Under the pieces are notes generated by a model, which searched no databases, was not told the origin of the DNA, and was given only the letters and a program-made list of their open reading frames with translations. Positions 19,901 to 28,578 of a stretch of 64,000 bases of DNA are shown here, piece after piece (position 1 is the first letter of the stretch; the number at the start of each line of letters is the position of its first letter). Made by a program: the position numbers and the translations under genes. The stretch is from NCBI GenBank assembly GCA_963676725.1, contig OY781463.1, positions 1,550,991 through 1,614,990 on the forward strand, written 5' to 3'. The stretch comes from Bacteroidales bacterium (GTDB lineage: Bacteria; Bacteroidota; Bacteroidia; Bacteroidales; WRLA01).

Positions 19901-22132
19901 ATCTACTATTCGCCTCGTTGGAAATCATTACTTGGATATGAAGATCATGAATTGCCCAATGATTTTTCCGTCTGGGAAAAACTTACCGATAGCGAAGATG
20001 TGAAGAAATCGTGGAATATGCTGAACCAATTAATCAATAGAGAGATTGATAAATTCGATATAGAGTTTAAAATGCAGCATAAAGAAGGGCATTGGGTTGA
20101 TATTCATTCACGTGCAAATGTGTTTTTTAATAATGAAGAAAAGGCTATTCGGGTGGTTGGTACGCATACCGATATTACACAACGAAAAAATGCAGAAAAA
20201 ATAATTCGGGAAAGTGAAGAAAAGCTACAACTTAGTGATTCTCGATATCGGAAAGCTGAGGAAATTGGAAAGGTGGGCAATTGGGAATATAATATTGAAA
20301 AAGATGCATTCTGGGCTTCTGATGAATCAAAACGAATTTTTGGGATCGACATGGGTCAAGGCTCATTTACAAACGAGGAAGTGGAAAGTTGTATTCCTGA
20401 GAGGGAAAGGGTGCATCGGGCATTGATCGATTTAATCGAACAGGAGAAGCCATATAACCTTGAGTTTGAAATTATTGCCCATGATACAGCTGAGCGTAAA
20501 ACTATTACTTCGATAGCCGAACTTATCAAAGATAAAAATGGGAAACCGCTTAGTGTTGTTGGCGTAATCCAAGATATTAGCACTCGCAAACTTGCCGAAA
20601 CCAAATTAAAAGAAAATGAAGAAAAACTAAGGCTCTCCATCGATAATTCACCTCTTGGTATTTGCACAAACGATATAGAGGGAAATTTTATATCAACCAA
20701 TGCCGCCTACGAACAATTAGTGGGTTATACTAAAGAAGAACTGAAACAAATGAGTTTCTATGATATAACACATCCCGACTACCTAGATAAAAACAAGGAA
20801 CTGTTTCATGCAATGGCAGCCAATATAAAGCCCGGCTTTCATCTCGAAAAAAAATATATTAGAAAAGATGGGAGTACGGTTGATGTGCGTGTATATGCTA
20901 CTACAGTTGTTGATGCGAATAAAAAGCCCTTGTTTGGCATGGCTTTTACTGAGGATATAACCTGGCAGAAGGTTGCAGAAAATGATCTAATTGAGGCAAA
21001 GGAAAAAGCAGAAGAAGCGAATCGTTTGAAAACAGAGTTCCTTCATAATATGAGTCATGAAATTCGTACCCCAATGAACGGCATCATGGGATTCTCAAAT
21101 TTATTATGCGAACTCGATGATTGTAATGATGTGCAAAAAAACTACACCGCTATCATACAAAATAGTAGTACTCAATTGCTTCGTATTATTGATGACATCC
21201 TTGAAATATCGACCTTGGAAACGAAACAGCTTAAAGTGAAGGAAGAGGAATTTGATGTGAATCAGTTCATCATGGAGCTTTTCGCTATTTACGATTTAAA
21301 GTCGAAAGAAAGACATCTTCCTTTATATGCACAAAAGGAGCTGCCCAATGGATTCAGTTCAATTCGATCAGACAGAACAAAACTGCATAAAATACTGAGC
21401 AATCTCTTAGATAATGCGTTTAAATTTACCACTTCAGGGAAGATAGAATTTGGTTATAAAATTGAAAATCAAAATATTGTGTTTTTTGTAAAGGATACAG
21501 GTATTGGTATTTCAAGCGATAAGCAATTAAAAGTGTTTGAACGTTTTTCTCAAGAAAGTTCCTTAACAGCCCAGGCCTTTGGTGGTCTTGGACTCGGATT
21601 GTCCATTGCGAAAGAAAACGCAGAACTATTAAATGGTAAATTAACCGTAGAGTCAGAAAAAAATAAAGGCGCTGCGTTTTTTGTTGAAATACCTTTTAAG
21701 CCCGCAAAAGAAACCGCATTATACAGAGCTTCTGAAGCTGATTCGAAAAGAGAAAAAAAGGATATTGTTCATATTTTAATAGCAGAAGATGAAGAAGTAA
21801 ATTATTTGTATCTGGAAACGATATTAGAAAATACAGATGCTTTTAGTGTAAAACTGCATCATGCTATTAACGGGGAAGAAGCAGTAAACAAATGTCTCAA
21901 TGATGTCATAGACATCGTGCTTATGGATATTAAAATGCCGGTTATGAATGGTTATTTGGCCGCTGAAAAAATTAAAGCAGTGAAACCGGAATTACCTATT
22001 ATTGCACAAACTGCTTACTCAACAATTTCGGAAAAAGAAATGGCCTTAAAATATGGTTGCGATGATTTTATTTCAAAGCCAATTAAAAAAGAAGAATTGT
22101 TTTTGATGATGATGAAGTACCTGAATAAATAG
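16955..22132 (+). CDS. Cytoplasmic multi-PAS hybrid histidine kinase
   Basis: About 10 PAS/PAC repeats (DITxxK), FLHNMSHEIRTPMNG, HATPase, C-terminal REC (LMDIKMP). Confidence 0.95.
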   Translation: MAHYLKKELYELIKKDESIFDFIQEGSLDGLWYWDLENPENEWMNPRFWEVLGYNPVEMPHKASAWQDIINQDDLKRALDNFQKHVADPSHPYDQIVRYTHKNGSTVWVRCRGLAIRDKKGKAVRMLGAHQDITNIKNTEEKLQQEHQKVKKNEEMYRFLTENGTDVIRYQSPTGIFNYISPNIVELTGYTATEYSKFGPLENVFPEDHPILEQIVERFSKGENAVKVEYRIHHKTGEVIWVESRIKAVRDENGETTSLLSSTNNITEQKKLQIEVGASEEKYKATYNNAPLAFQSLDFNGNILEVNPQWLKILNYPKEEVIGKWFGDFLHPDYVAHFRKNFPRFKAQGYINNVQFQMKRKNKEFIYVSFEGCIGYTPEGEFKQTYCTFKDITEQKLVEQKLKQSESRYKQLVETSSDAIYLMDEEGIIIDTNKTATKILKKERDEIVGKPIDTVDPNYPIGDFIAYWKTVPYGEQHILETTHITSTGELIPIEISGKKFELEGNTYYYGVARDITERKISEELIQKQIQEYQTLNEEYLTINEELSATNKELKDAFKKVEASQRKFKSYINYAPDGVFVADEKGRYLEANPAASRITGYTNEELLQLSIPDLLQKDDIEIGTQNFKKVQKEGLSKIDLGFVTKSGENRYWQVAAVKLSETRFLGFVKDITEQKHAERKIKESLNLLNSFINNFPDDAWAKDLEGKMTLANRFVKDNTFGCEDVIGKTAYDFFPQKIAEECWTSEKDVLLNDKSIQIEEQIPQRDGVHSKILSKFPLHNSDGNVIGIGAIAHDITDRKKAEEALKQSEQKFISYFNSNPSATFVWKIVQNDFELIEVNETAQGITANKAISFIGLKASQIYKDNPVILQKFLECAKTKTIIDYENKYKNQSLGTVNWLRFRFSFVEPDLILLYSDNITDRKEAERKIKEQNEEYEALNEELRQTNEELFATIRREEEINERFKLAMEVTSDGLMDWNLISNEIYYSPRWKSLLGYEDHELPNDFSVWEKLTDSEDVKKSWNMLNQLINREIDKFDIEFKMQHKEGHWVDIHSRANVFFNNEEKAIRVVGTHTDITQRKNAEKIIRESEEKLQLSDSRYRKAEEIGKVGNWEYNIEKDAFWASDESKRIFGIDMGQGSFTNEEVESCIPERERVHRALIDLIEQEKPYNLEFEIIAHDTAERKTITSIAELIKDKNGKPLSVVGVIQDISTRKLAETKLKENEEKLRLSIDNSPLGICTNDIEGNFISTNAAYEQLVGYTKEELKQMSFYDITHPDYLDKNKELFHAMAANIKPGFHLEKKYIRKDGSTVDVRVYATTVVDANKKPLFGMAFTEDITWQKVAENDLIEAKEKAEEANRLKTEFLHNMSHEIRTPMNGIMGFSNLLCELDDCNDVQKNYTAIIQNSSTQLLRIIDDILEISTLETKQLKVKEEEFDVNQFIMELFAIYDLKSKERHLPLYAQKELPNGFSSIRSDRTKLHKILSNLLDNAFKFTTSGKIEFGYKIENQNIVFFVKDTGIGISSDKQLKVFERFSQESSLTAQAFGGLGLGLSIAKENAELLNGKLTVESEKNKGAAFFVEIPFKPAKETALYRASEADSKREKKDIVHILIAEDEEVNYLYLETILENTDAFSVKLHHAINGEEAVNKCLNDVIDIVLMDIKMPVMNGYLAAEKIKAVKPELPIIAQTAYSTISEKEMALKYGCDDFISKPIKKEELFLMMMKYLNK

Positions 22133-22169
22133 TAGTGGTTTCTTTTGTTGTTAAGAAATTTCATCATAA

Positions 22170-22706
22170 ATGTTAACAGATTATTCGAAAAGGATGCATA
22201 TAAAAAAGCATGAAATTGTACAAATTGCACTAGTAATTATAGGGGTACTTATTGTCGTTAGGACGATAGAAACACTATTTGGGCAAGTAACATTTATGGG
22301 CACGAGTCAAGGGGTGTATGATCATTTGGGCATATGGATTGCTGTCAGTATCGTATTTGGTTTTCTATTGGTGTTATTTGCTTATCTAATGATCAGGAAA
22401 TCTGCATATCTCGCCAAAAGAATTATAAAAGAAGAAAACGAAAGTGCAGAAATGAAATGCTTGAGCAGGCTAGAGCTTCTTAACCTCTCCATAATCATTA
22501 TGTCTTTGTTTTTCTTAATAGGCAGATTTCCTTCTTTTATTCTTTCGGTATATAATTTACTGAGCGATTTTATTATTGACTTCTGTTCGTATCAGAATAT
22601 GTACATTAATAATTTTACTCAGGTGCTCCAATATATAATGCTACTATTGATTTTCCTAAATGCTAAGCATATATCAATCTGGATCGAAAGAAAATTATTT
22701 AAATAG
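22170..22706 (+). CDS. Hypothetical membrane protein
   Basis: Four hydrophobic segments; start may be at 22194. Confidence 0.7.
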   Translation: MLTDYSKRMHIKKHEIVQIALVIIGVLIVVRTIETLFGQVTFMGTSQGVYDHLGIWIAVSIVFGFLLVLFAYLMIRKSAYLAKRIIKEENESAEMKCLSRLELLNLSIIIMSLFFLIGRFPSFILSVYNLLSDFIIDFCSYQNMYINNFTQVLQYIMLLLIFLNAKHISIWIERKLFK

Positions 22707-22881
22707 TGAGCATTTATTATATCGCCAGAGATTTTCAGATGACGACTGGTTTCAGCATAAGAAGGGTGAAGGGCTTGATCTTAATGAACGGCCACTTCTG
22801 AAGTCTTTTTTATCTTTGAAAAGAATATAGCACAAAGGATTATCATGAAGTTATAGAGCACTAAATCAAATATTTATAAAA

Positions 22882-23562
22882 TTGGAGATGAACAGTATGA
22901 AAACACCCCTTATAGGATTGAAACCTTTAATATTAGGACTATTTCTGGTCTTTATTATTTCTCGCTTTGCGAACGCCCAAGAAGTTAGATTTAATGCTTA
23001 CTCGGCCTATGTTTTTAATGATCGTATAGATTCTTATTACGATGCCAATAATTATTATGATGGTACCATTCAAGGTGGCTATCAATGGGGGCTTGGCGTA
23101 GAGTATATGATTCATGATGCCAGGGGTATTGAGCTAAAATATTTGCGTTTAGATACGCATGCTCCCTTAAATTATTATTATAACGGAATTCAGTACAAAG
23201 ATTTTGAGCTGGGGATGAATTATATTTTAATCGGCGGTACTAATTATTTCAAAGCTGCCGGTGGTAAAGTAGAACCTTATGTGGGTTTAGCTGTGGGCTT
23301 GGCGATTATTAGTATTAAAAACCCTGAGCCGGGCACAGACAGCAGCAAAGAAAAATTTGCATGGAATGTGAAAGCAGGGACAAATATCTGGATTACAGAA
23401 ACAGTTGGAATTAAACTCCAAGCTGACCTTATATCCGCTGTACAATCCGCCGGTGGAGGCTTCTATTTTGGTTCGGGTGGTTCCGGTGCCGGGATTAGTA
23501 TCTATTCCAGTATGTATCAATGGTCTATAGGTGGTGGTTTGACCTTTAAATTTGGACAGTAA
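22882..23562 (+). CDS. Outer membrane beta-barrel protein
   Basis: Signal peptide, amphipathic strands, PYVGLAVG, terminal GLTFKF. Confidence 0.85.
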   Translation: MEMNSMKTPLIGLKPLILGLFLVFIISRFANAQEVRFNAYSAYVFNDRIDSYYDANNYYDGTIQGGYQWGLGVEYMIHDARGIELKYLRLDTHAPLNYYYNGIQYKDFELGMNYILIGGTNYFKAAGGKVEPYVGLAVGLAIISIKNPEPGTDSSKEKFAWNVKAGTNIWITETVGIKLQADLISAVQSAGGGFYFGSGGSGAGISIYSSMYQWSIGGGLTFKFGQ

Positions 23563-23629
23563 TCAATCTTATTAGTTTATTCTTATTCCACTTGGTTTTG
23601 TAGCGATGCAGGATTTGGGATTAGAAAAG

Positions 23630-23663
23630 GAAATGGAGCTTTATCGAAAAAGAGCTCCATTTC
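23630..23663. terminator. Hairpin, probable terminator
   Basis: GAAATGGAGCT...AGCTCCATTTC. Confidence 0.55.
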
Positions 23664-23892
23664 TGCTTTAGAAGCTTTGGTAATACGTATTATTTGCCAT
23701 TAGATGGTTTATATCGCTTCATAAGCTAGTCATGCCCGTCTTTATGAATAAAGCTGTTGTATGCTTCCTTGTATTAATTTGATGCACTATTTTCGTCTGT
23801 TTTTACACTTTTTTAGAATAATACTATTGCGTTTTTCAAATTAAGAGCTTCTGCGCCACTAATGCCTGAAAGGAATTTTAAAAATTAATCCA

Positions 23893-25461
23893 ATGAAAAG
23901 AAAATTACTACTCCTCCTCTGTATTTTCGCTTCCTCCATACTTATGGGGCAGAACCTTAAACCGAAGAAAGATAAAGCTACGAAGAAATACGGCTATCAG
24001 AATGCTGCGAAAGAATGGGTTGTGCAGCCTGTTTATGATGATGCGGATAAAATTAAAAACGGCTTTGGGAAAATTTATTTAAATGAGAAGCAAGGTCTTG
24101 TGAATGAGCAGGGTGCTGTTGTTTTGGAACCTCAATTTGATGATATTTCCAAGATTAAAAATGGCTTTGCGGAAGTAGAATTGGACAATAAACTTGGCCT
24201 GATCAATGAACAAGCTGTTGTTGTTTTTAAGCCGCAATTTGATGATATTGAAAAATTTAAAAGTGGTTTTGCCCAGGTTGTTACAGGGAATAAAATTGGT
24301 GTGATCAACAAACACGGGGAGTTAGTTTTCGAGCCCCAATTTGATGAACTCGAATCTTTTAGCAATGGATTGGCGCAGATGAAAAAAGGAAATCGTTGGG
24401 GTTTGGTCAATAGCAAAGGAGAGATTGTTTTTGACGCTCGCTTTTCGCAAAAACTGAAATTTGAAGACAGTAAATCCATTGCTATGGAAAATGGTAAATA
24501 TGGTATTGTGCATCTCGATGGGCGCGTTTTATTCGATTTTATTGCTGATAAAATAGCCATTGAAGATGCCCTATATTTCATCCAGAAAAACCGTAAATGG
24601 AAAATATACAATGCTGATTTCAAGGCAATATCACCCGAATACGATGATATCAAAACGACCTTTAAAGGAACAAAATATGCCTATTTTGTAGATGGTCGTT
24701 GCCTAGTTCGTCTGAATGGAAAGTATGGCTTCATCAATAAAAAGGCCGAAATGGTGATCCCGAATAAATTTGATCAGATTGCAATGGATGGTTTTAGAGG
24801 TGGATTTTGTGCTGCAAAATCAGGCGATAAATGGGGGTATATAAAAAAGGATGGAACTTATCTTGTTGAACCTCAATTTGATGAAGCTGAAAGCTTTGTA
24901 AATCTTGGGTCTGTTAATGTTGCCAAGGCTAAAATTGGACAAAAAGAATATGAAGTGTCATTTACCGGCACGGTAAAACTTATACGTGATCCTGAGGCTG
25001 AGGCTGCTGCTGCTCAAGCTGCTGCTGATAAAAAGGCTGCTGCTGATGCGCAGGCCCTGGCAAATGCCCAGGCTCTTGGTGTAAATACGAACCCGACACC
25101 TGACAAGACTCAAACGAATACTCAAAAATCTACAAGTCCGGCTGAAGCGGCGGCTCCTGATCATGCTTGGCTCATCGGAACGTGGATTGTTGAGACAGAA
25201 AAAATGGCAGGGGAAACCCAAAAGGGTAAAATGTGTAGCTATGCGCATTGGGTATTTACAGATAATAATTCAGGCTATTATGCTTCCCGCCAGATGCTTG
25301 GCTATGATAAACTGGAACCGGCAAAGCACTTCTCCTATACGATTGATGGCAATCGGATTATAACCAAAAGCATTAAATATACTTTTAAAATGTCTGATGA
25401 TAAGCGTAGTATGACATTGCACGGGCCTCTTGGAGTGGTATGGACCCTCAAGAAAAAGTAG
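23893..25461 (+). CDS. WG-repeat secreted protein with an Ala-rich linker and a lipocalin-like C-terminus
   Basis: Repeated (K/R)xG(L/Y/F)(I/V)N..G..V.EPQFD..F.NG.A units; LIGTW motif. Confidence 0.88.
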   Translation: MKRKLLLLLCIFASSILMGQNLKPKKDKATKKYGYQNAAKEWVVQPVYDDADKIKNGFGKIYLNEKQGLVNEQGAVVLEPQFDDISKIKNGFAEVELDNKLGLINEQAVVVFKPQFDDIEKFKSGFAQVVTGNKIGVINKHGELVFEPQFDELESFSNGLAQMKKGNRWGLVNSKGEIVFDARFSQKLKFEDSKSIAMENGKYGIVHLDGRVLFDFIADKIAIEDALYFIQKNRKWKIYNADFKAISPEYDDIKTTFKGTKYAYFVDGRCLVRLNGKYGFINKKAEMVIPNKFDQIAMDGFRGGFCAAKSGDKWGYIKKDGTYLVEPQFDEAESFVNLGSVNVAKAKIGQKEYEVSFTGTVKLIRDPEAEAAAAQAAADKKAAADAQALANAQALGVNTNPTPDKTQTNTQKSTSPAEAAAPDHAWLIGTWIVETEKMAGETQKGKMCSYAHWVFTDNNSGYYASRQMLGYDKLEPAKHFSYTIDGNRIITKSIKYTFKMSDDKRSMTLHGPLGVVWTLKKK

Positions 25462-25674
25462 AGTCTCGTAAGTGCTTTAAACTTATTGAAGAATTGCACA
25501 AAATTGGACAGGCATTCCTTTCTTAAATTCCTTTCACGCTTGTTCATTTGTGTTCATAGTTGCACCCTTTGAGCTTGTCCCCAAAAGCAAGTTTTCATTG
25601 GGTGCTTTTTGTTGATTATGCTTTAAAGATTTGCTATCTTTGATGTTTCGACCCAAATCAAAAAAGAAAATATC

Positions 25675-26178
25675 ATGGCTATTGGAAATTTTTTAAACAA
25701 AGCGAAAGAAGCTGCAGGAAACATTAAAGATGCTGCACGCGATGCAGCTGCAAAACATGGTCTAGTGAATGATGAAGAAGCGGATAAACTCGATCAGGCT
25801 TCTAGTCAGAAAACGGATAAACTGAAAGCAATTTTTGAGGAAGTGGCCAATGCTTCTGCCTTAATTAAAGAAGCGGGTTATGAGCTCGATGAGATTGAAA
25901 TTGAACTCAGCTTACCGCCAAAATTGATCAGCCATTATTGTTTCCTCGAAGATGTCTGCGATGAAAAAAAGCAGGATTTGCTCGAGCAAACAAAAGAGAA
26001 TAAGTTGATCCACCTTGTTTTAAAATCCTTGTTTAAAGCATCTTCACTTCAATCGTCCATGAAAATTGGGAAATATAAAATGTTTGAAGTGGAGATAGAA
26101 ATCGGGATTATCCCCTCGGTAAAAATTAAATTTAATAAAAAGCATATCCAGCAAAAGCAATTGAGCTCCGGAGAATAA
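25675..26178 (+). CDS. Hypothetical protein
   Basis: 167 aa ORF after a TATCTTTG promoter box. Confidence 0.75.
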   Translation: MAIGNFLNKAKEAAGNIKDAARDAAAKHGLVNDEEADKLDQASSQKTDKLKAIFEEVANASALIKEAGYELDEIEIELSLPPKLISHYCFLEDVCDEKKQDLLEQTKENKLIHLVLKSLFKASSLQSSMKIGKYKMFEVEIEIGIIPSVKIKFNKKHIQQKQLSSGE

Positions 26179-26189
26179 ATTGATAAGAT

Positions 26190-26624
26190 ATGGGCTGGCG
26201 TACAGTAATTACCTTTGTTTATCCACATGAAGCACATATGGCGGCTTCTTATCTTGGATCTTTTGATATTCAAACCTTTATCAGGGATGAGTTGACTGCC
26301 CAAGTCGATAATTTTTATTCAAATGCCATTGGCGGGGTAAAAGTGCAGGTGATGGATGATGAGGTTGAATCAGCACTAAAACTCCTAAAGGAGGGAGGGT
26401 ATATTGTTGAGGATCCAGAAACAAATGCAGTGCCTGATATTGAATTAATTGCAAAGACCGAAAACACATCAGTATGTCCTTTTTGTCAATCCCAAAATTT
26501 TTCACGATATAGGCAAACGAATTATCTGACCTTGGCCGTTTTTGTTGCCCTAGGGGTTTTCTTCCCAATCTTTCGCTCGTCTTATGTTTGTTATGATTGT
26601 GGGAAACACTGGAAATATAAGTAG
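26190..26624 (+). CDS. DUF2007-like protein with Zn ribbon and TM
   Basis: EAHMAASYL...NAIGGVKVQV; CPFC...CYDC. Confidence 0.8.
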   Translation: MGWRTVITFVYPHEAHMAASYLGSFDIQTFIRDELTAQVDNFYSNAIGGVKVQVMDDEVESALKLLKEGGYIVEDPETNAVPDIELIAKTENTSVCPFCQSQNFSRYRQTNYLTLAVFVALGVFFPIFRSSYVCYDCGKHWKYK

Positions 26625-26672
26625 TGTTTGTCCATAGTCGGGTGTCTTTATCTTATTTATTGAAATACTGAT

Positions 26673-28577
26673 TTATTGATTTACAGGGTATTTTAGGTGG
26701 GATTGCTCCATAAACTCCATAATCCCAAACAATGTTCCCCAGGAATGAAAACGATCTGATGAAAGTCGTTGATCATCGCCGGTGCCCGTAATTGCTGAAT
26801 AATTCTCGCTAACAAGACCCTGTCTGAGCCATTCGTTCAGGAAAAGTGTCATCGATTTTTCTGAGAGTTCCGCAGCTGCATCATCAAATTGATATTGCTT
26901 GAGGCTGAGGTAGGTAAGAAAATTGAGAGGTGGCCAAATTGCTCCTTTCCAATAGCGTTGTTTTGGGAAATCCGGATCATTACGTGCAATGGAAGGCAGC
27001 ATCCAATCACCATAAAACTCCTCCGGATTATAGAAATGTTCTTCGATCATACGCTTTGCTTGTTTGTCACTTGCAACGCCTGCAAGCAGCGGATAGAAAA
27101 GGGTAGGGGAGAGTCTATAGCTAAACGTATCAATATCAGTGCGGTAATTCAGGAAAAGGCCTGTTTTTTCGTCCCAAAGCTTTTGCATGGCTTTTGAATA
27201 TTGCGCAGCCCTTTTATTGAGCTCTTTTGCTTCATCATTTTTACCAATTATTCCTGCGATTTTAGCTAAAGCTTTGCAATCGGCAATATATAGGGATGTT
27301 AGGCCAACATCCTGAAGATCGAAGGTGTTCTTTTCTTTATTAAAGGCCACACCATCATACATCGGACTGTCGTCCATGCCTGATTCGTAGCCTGCTGTGA
27401 TGCGGCTGTGCGTATTGGGCTCGTGAAAAGGATTGATGCTTTTATGCGATCCATAACTGAGTAATCCTTCATTATCGCGCATTTTTGGCCACCATCTGTT
27501 CCAGCTGAGCAATGGCTCAAAAACGGCTTCGAGTATCCATTTTTTTGGAATATTGTCGTAAATCCCCATGGCCATGATGCTGCCAACAGGCGGTTGAGAA
27601 CGATCGAAACTCTTGCTTCCGTTTCCCCTGTCATCATTGGGAATAAAGCCTTCCGGCGTTAGGCTGCGCATATGCTCAATCAGATTGGCAATTGCGAGCT
27701 GCGGCTGATCCAGTGCGCAAACATAGGCCAGAAAGAAATTATCCCAGCCAAAAAGGCAAAAGCCTCCGTATTCTTCATTCCAAAGCCTGCCAACCGTTGA
27801 AACTACGCGATCGTATTTTGGCTCGTAAACGGTATTCCAAGCAATGCCTGCTTCCACCGCGAGATAGGCTTCAGCATGATTTTTGTAATTTTCTTTCGCT
27901 TTTTGCCTGTGGTCTTTGGCAGCTTGCGCGATGATGTTTTTAATGTCCTCTAAACTGCGTTTCGTTCCTGTGGAAATGCCTGTGGCTCGATCAAGTACTA
28001 GGCTGATATATGGGCTCATGGCCGGAATATACATCTCCGGGCTTTCTTCCTCGGTGCAATAAATTGCTGTTTTTTTATTCTTTGATTCGGCCATTAAATA
28101 GCCTTCTTCTTTGCTGACAATGCCCTTCCTATTCCATAAATATCCTGCTTCAATAATTAATTTTACAGCATTTTTTGTGGGTTTTAATGGGCTGATTAGA
28201 ATAACAAGGTCGTTTTCAATATGTGCAGTTTGTACGATTGCGTGAAGTTCGTGCCAATGGATTTCCAGCTCTGTATAGCTGCCGTCCCAACTATGGATGC
28301 CGGGTTTTATATGCTCGCTATTGTCATTGCTCCGTCCAATGAGTGCTTCGGGCAAATAGTCTTCTTCAATCCAATCGTGCTGTTTAAAGCCTAGATTAAT
28401 GGCCAGACCTTCGGGCAATAAAACCTGCTGCAATACGGAACGGCTGTTCCAAGTGTTCCAACCAGTGCAAATTTCTTGTTTTAGTTGGCTGTATTCAGCT
28501 CTTTCCCAGGCTAGTTGTTGTGAAAATGCATGAAACATCATCAGGATAAAGCTGAGGAGCAGAATTTGTTTACGCAT
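26673..28577 (-). CDS. Secreted GH63/MGH1-like (alpha/alpha)6 glycoside hydrolase
   Basis: FGWDNFF, SQPP, ESGMDDSP, YWKGAIW, ENY. Confidence 0.85.
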   Translation of the reverse strand: MRKQILLLSFILMMFHAFSQQLAWERAEYSQLKQEICTGWNTWNSRSVLQQVLLPEGLAINLGFKQHDWIEEDYLPEALIGRSNDNSEHIKPGIHSWDGSYTELEIHWHELHAIVQTAHIENDLVILISPLKPTKNAVKLIIEAGYLWNRKGIVSKEEGYLMAESKNKKTAIYCTEEESPEMYIPAMSPYISLVLDRATGISTGTKRSLEDIKNIIAQAAKDHRQKAKENYKNHAEAYLAVEAGIAWNTVYEPKYDRVVSTVGRLWNEEYGGFCLFGWDNFFLAYVCALDQPQLAIANLIEHMRSLTPEGFIPNDDRGNGSKSFDRSQPPVGSIMAMGIYDNIPKKWILEAVFEPLLSWNRWWPKMRDNEGLLSYGSHKSINPFHEPNTHSRITAGYESGMDDSPMYDGVAFNKEKNTFDLQDVGLTSLYIADCKALAKIAGIIGKNDEAKELNKRAAQYSKAMQKLWDEKTGLFLNYRTDIDTFSYRLSPTLFYPLLAGVASDKQAKRMIEEHFYNPEEFYGDWMLPSIARNDPDFPKQRYWKGAIWPPLNFLTYLSLKQYQFDDAAAELSEKSMTLFLNEWLRQGLVSENYSAITGTGDDQRLSSDRFHSWGTLFGIMEFMEQSHLKYPVNQ

Positions 28578-28578
28578 C

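Noticed and set aside
24990-25050. GCT-rich tandem repeat as a contingency locus
   Set aside because: Imperfect and in frame; it encodes an Ala-rich linker
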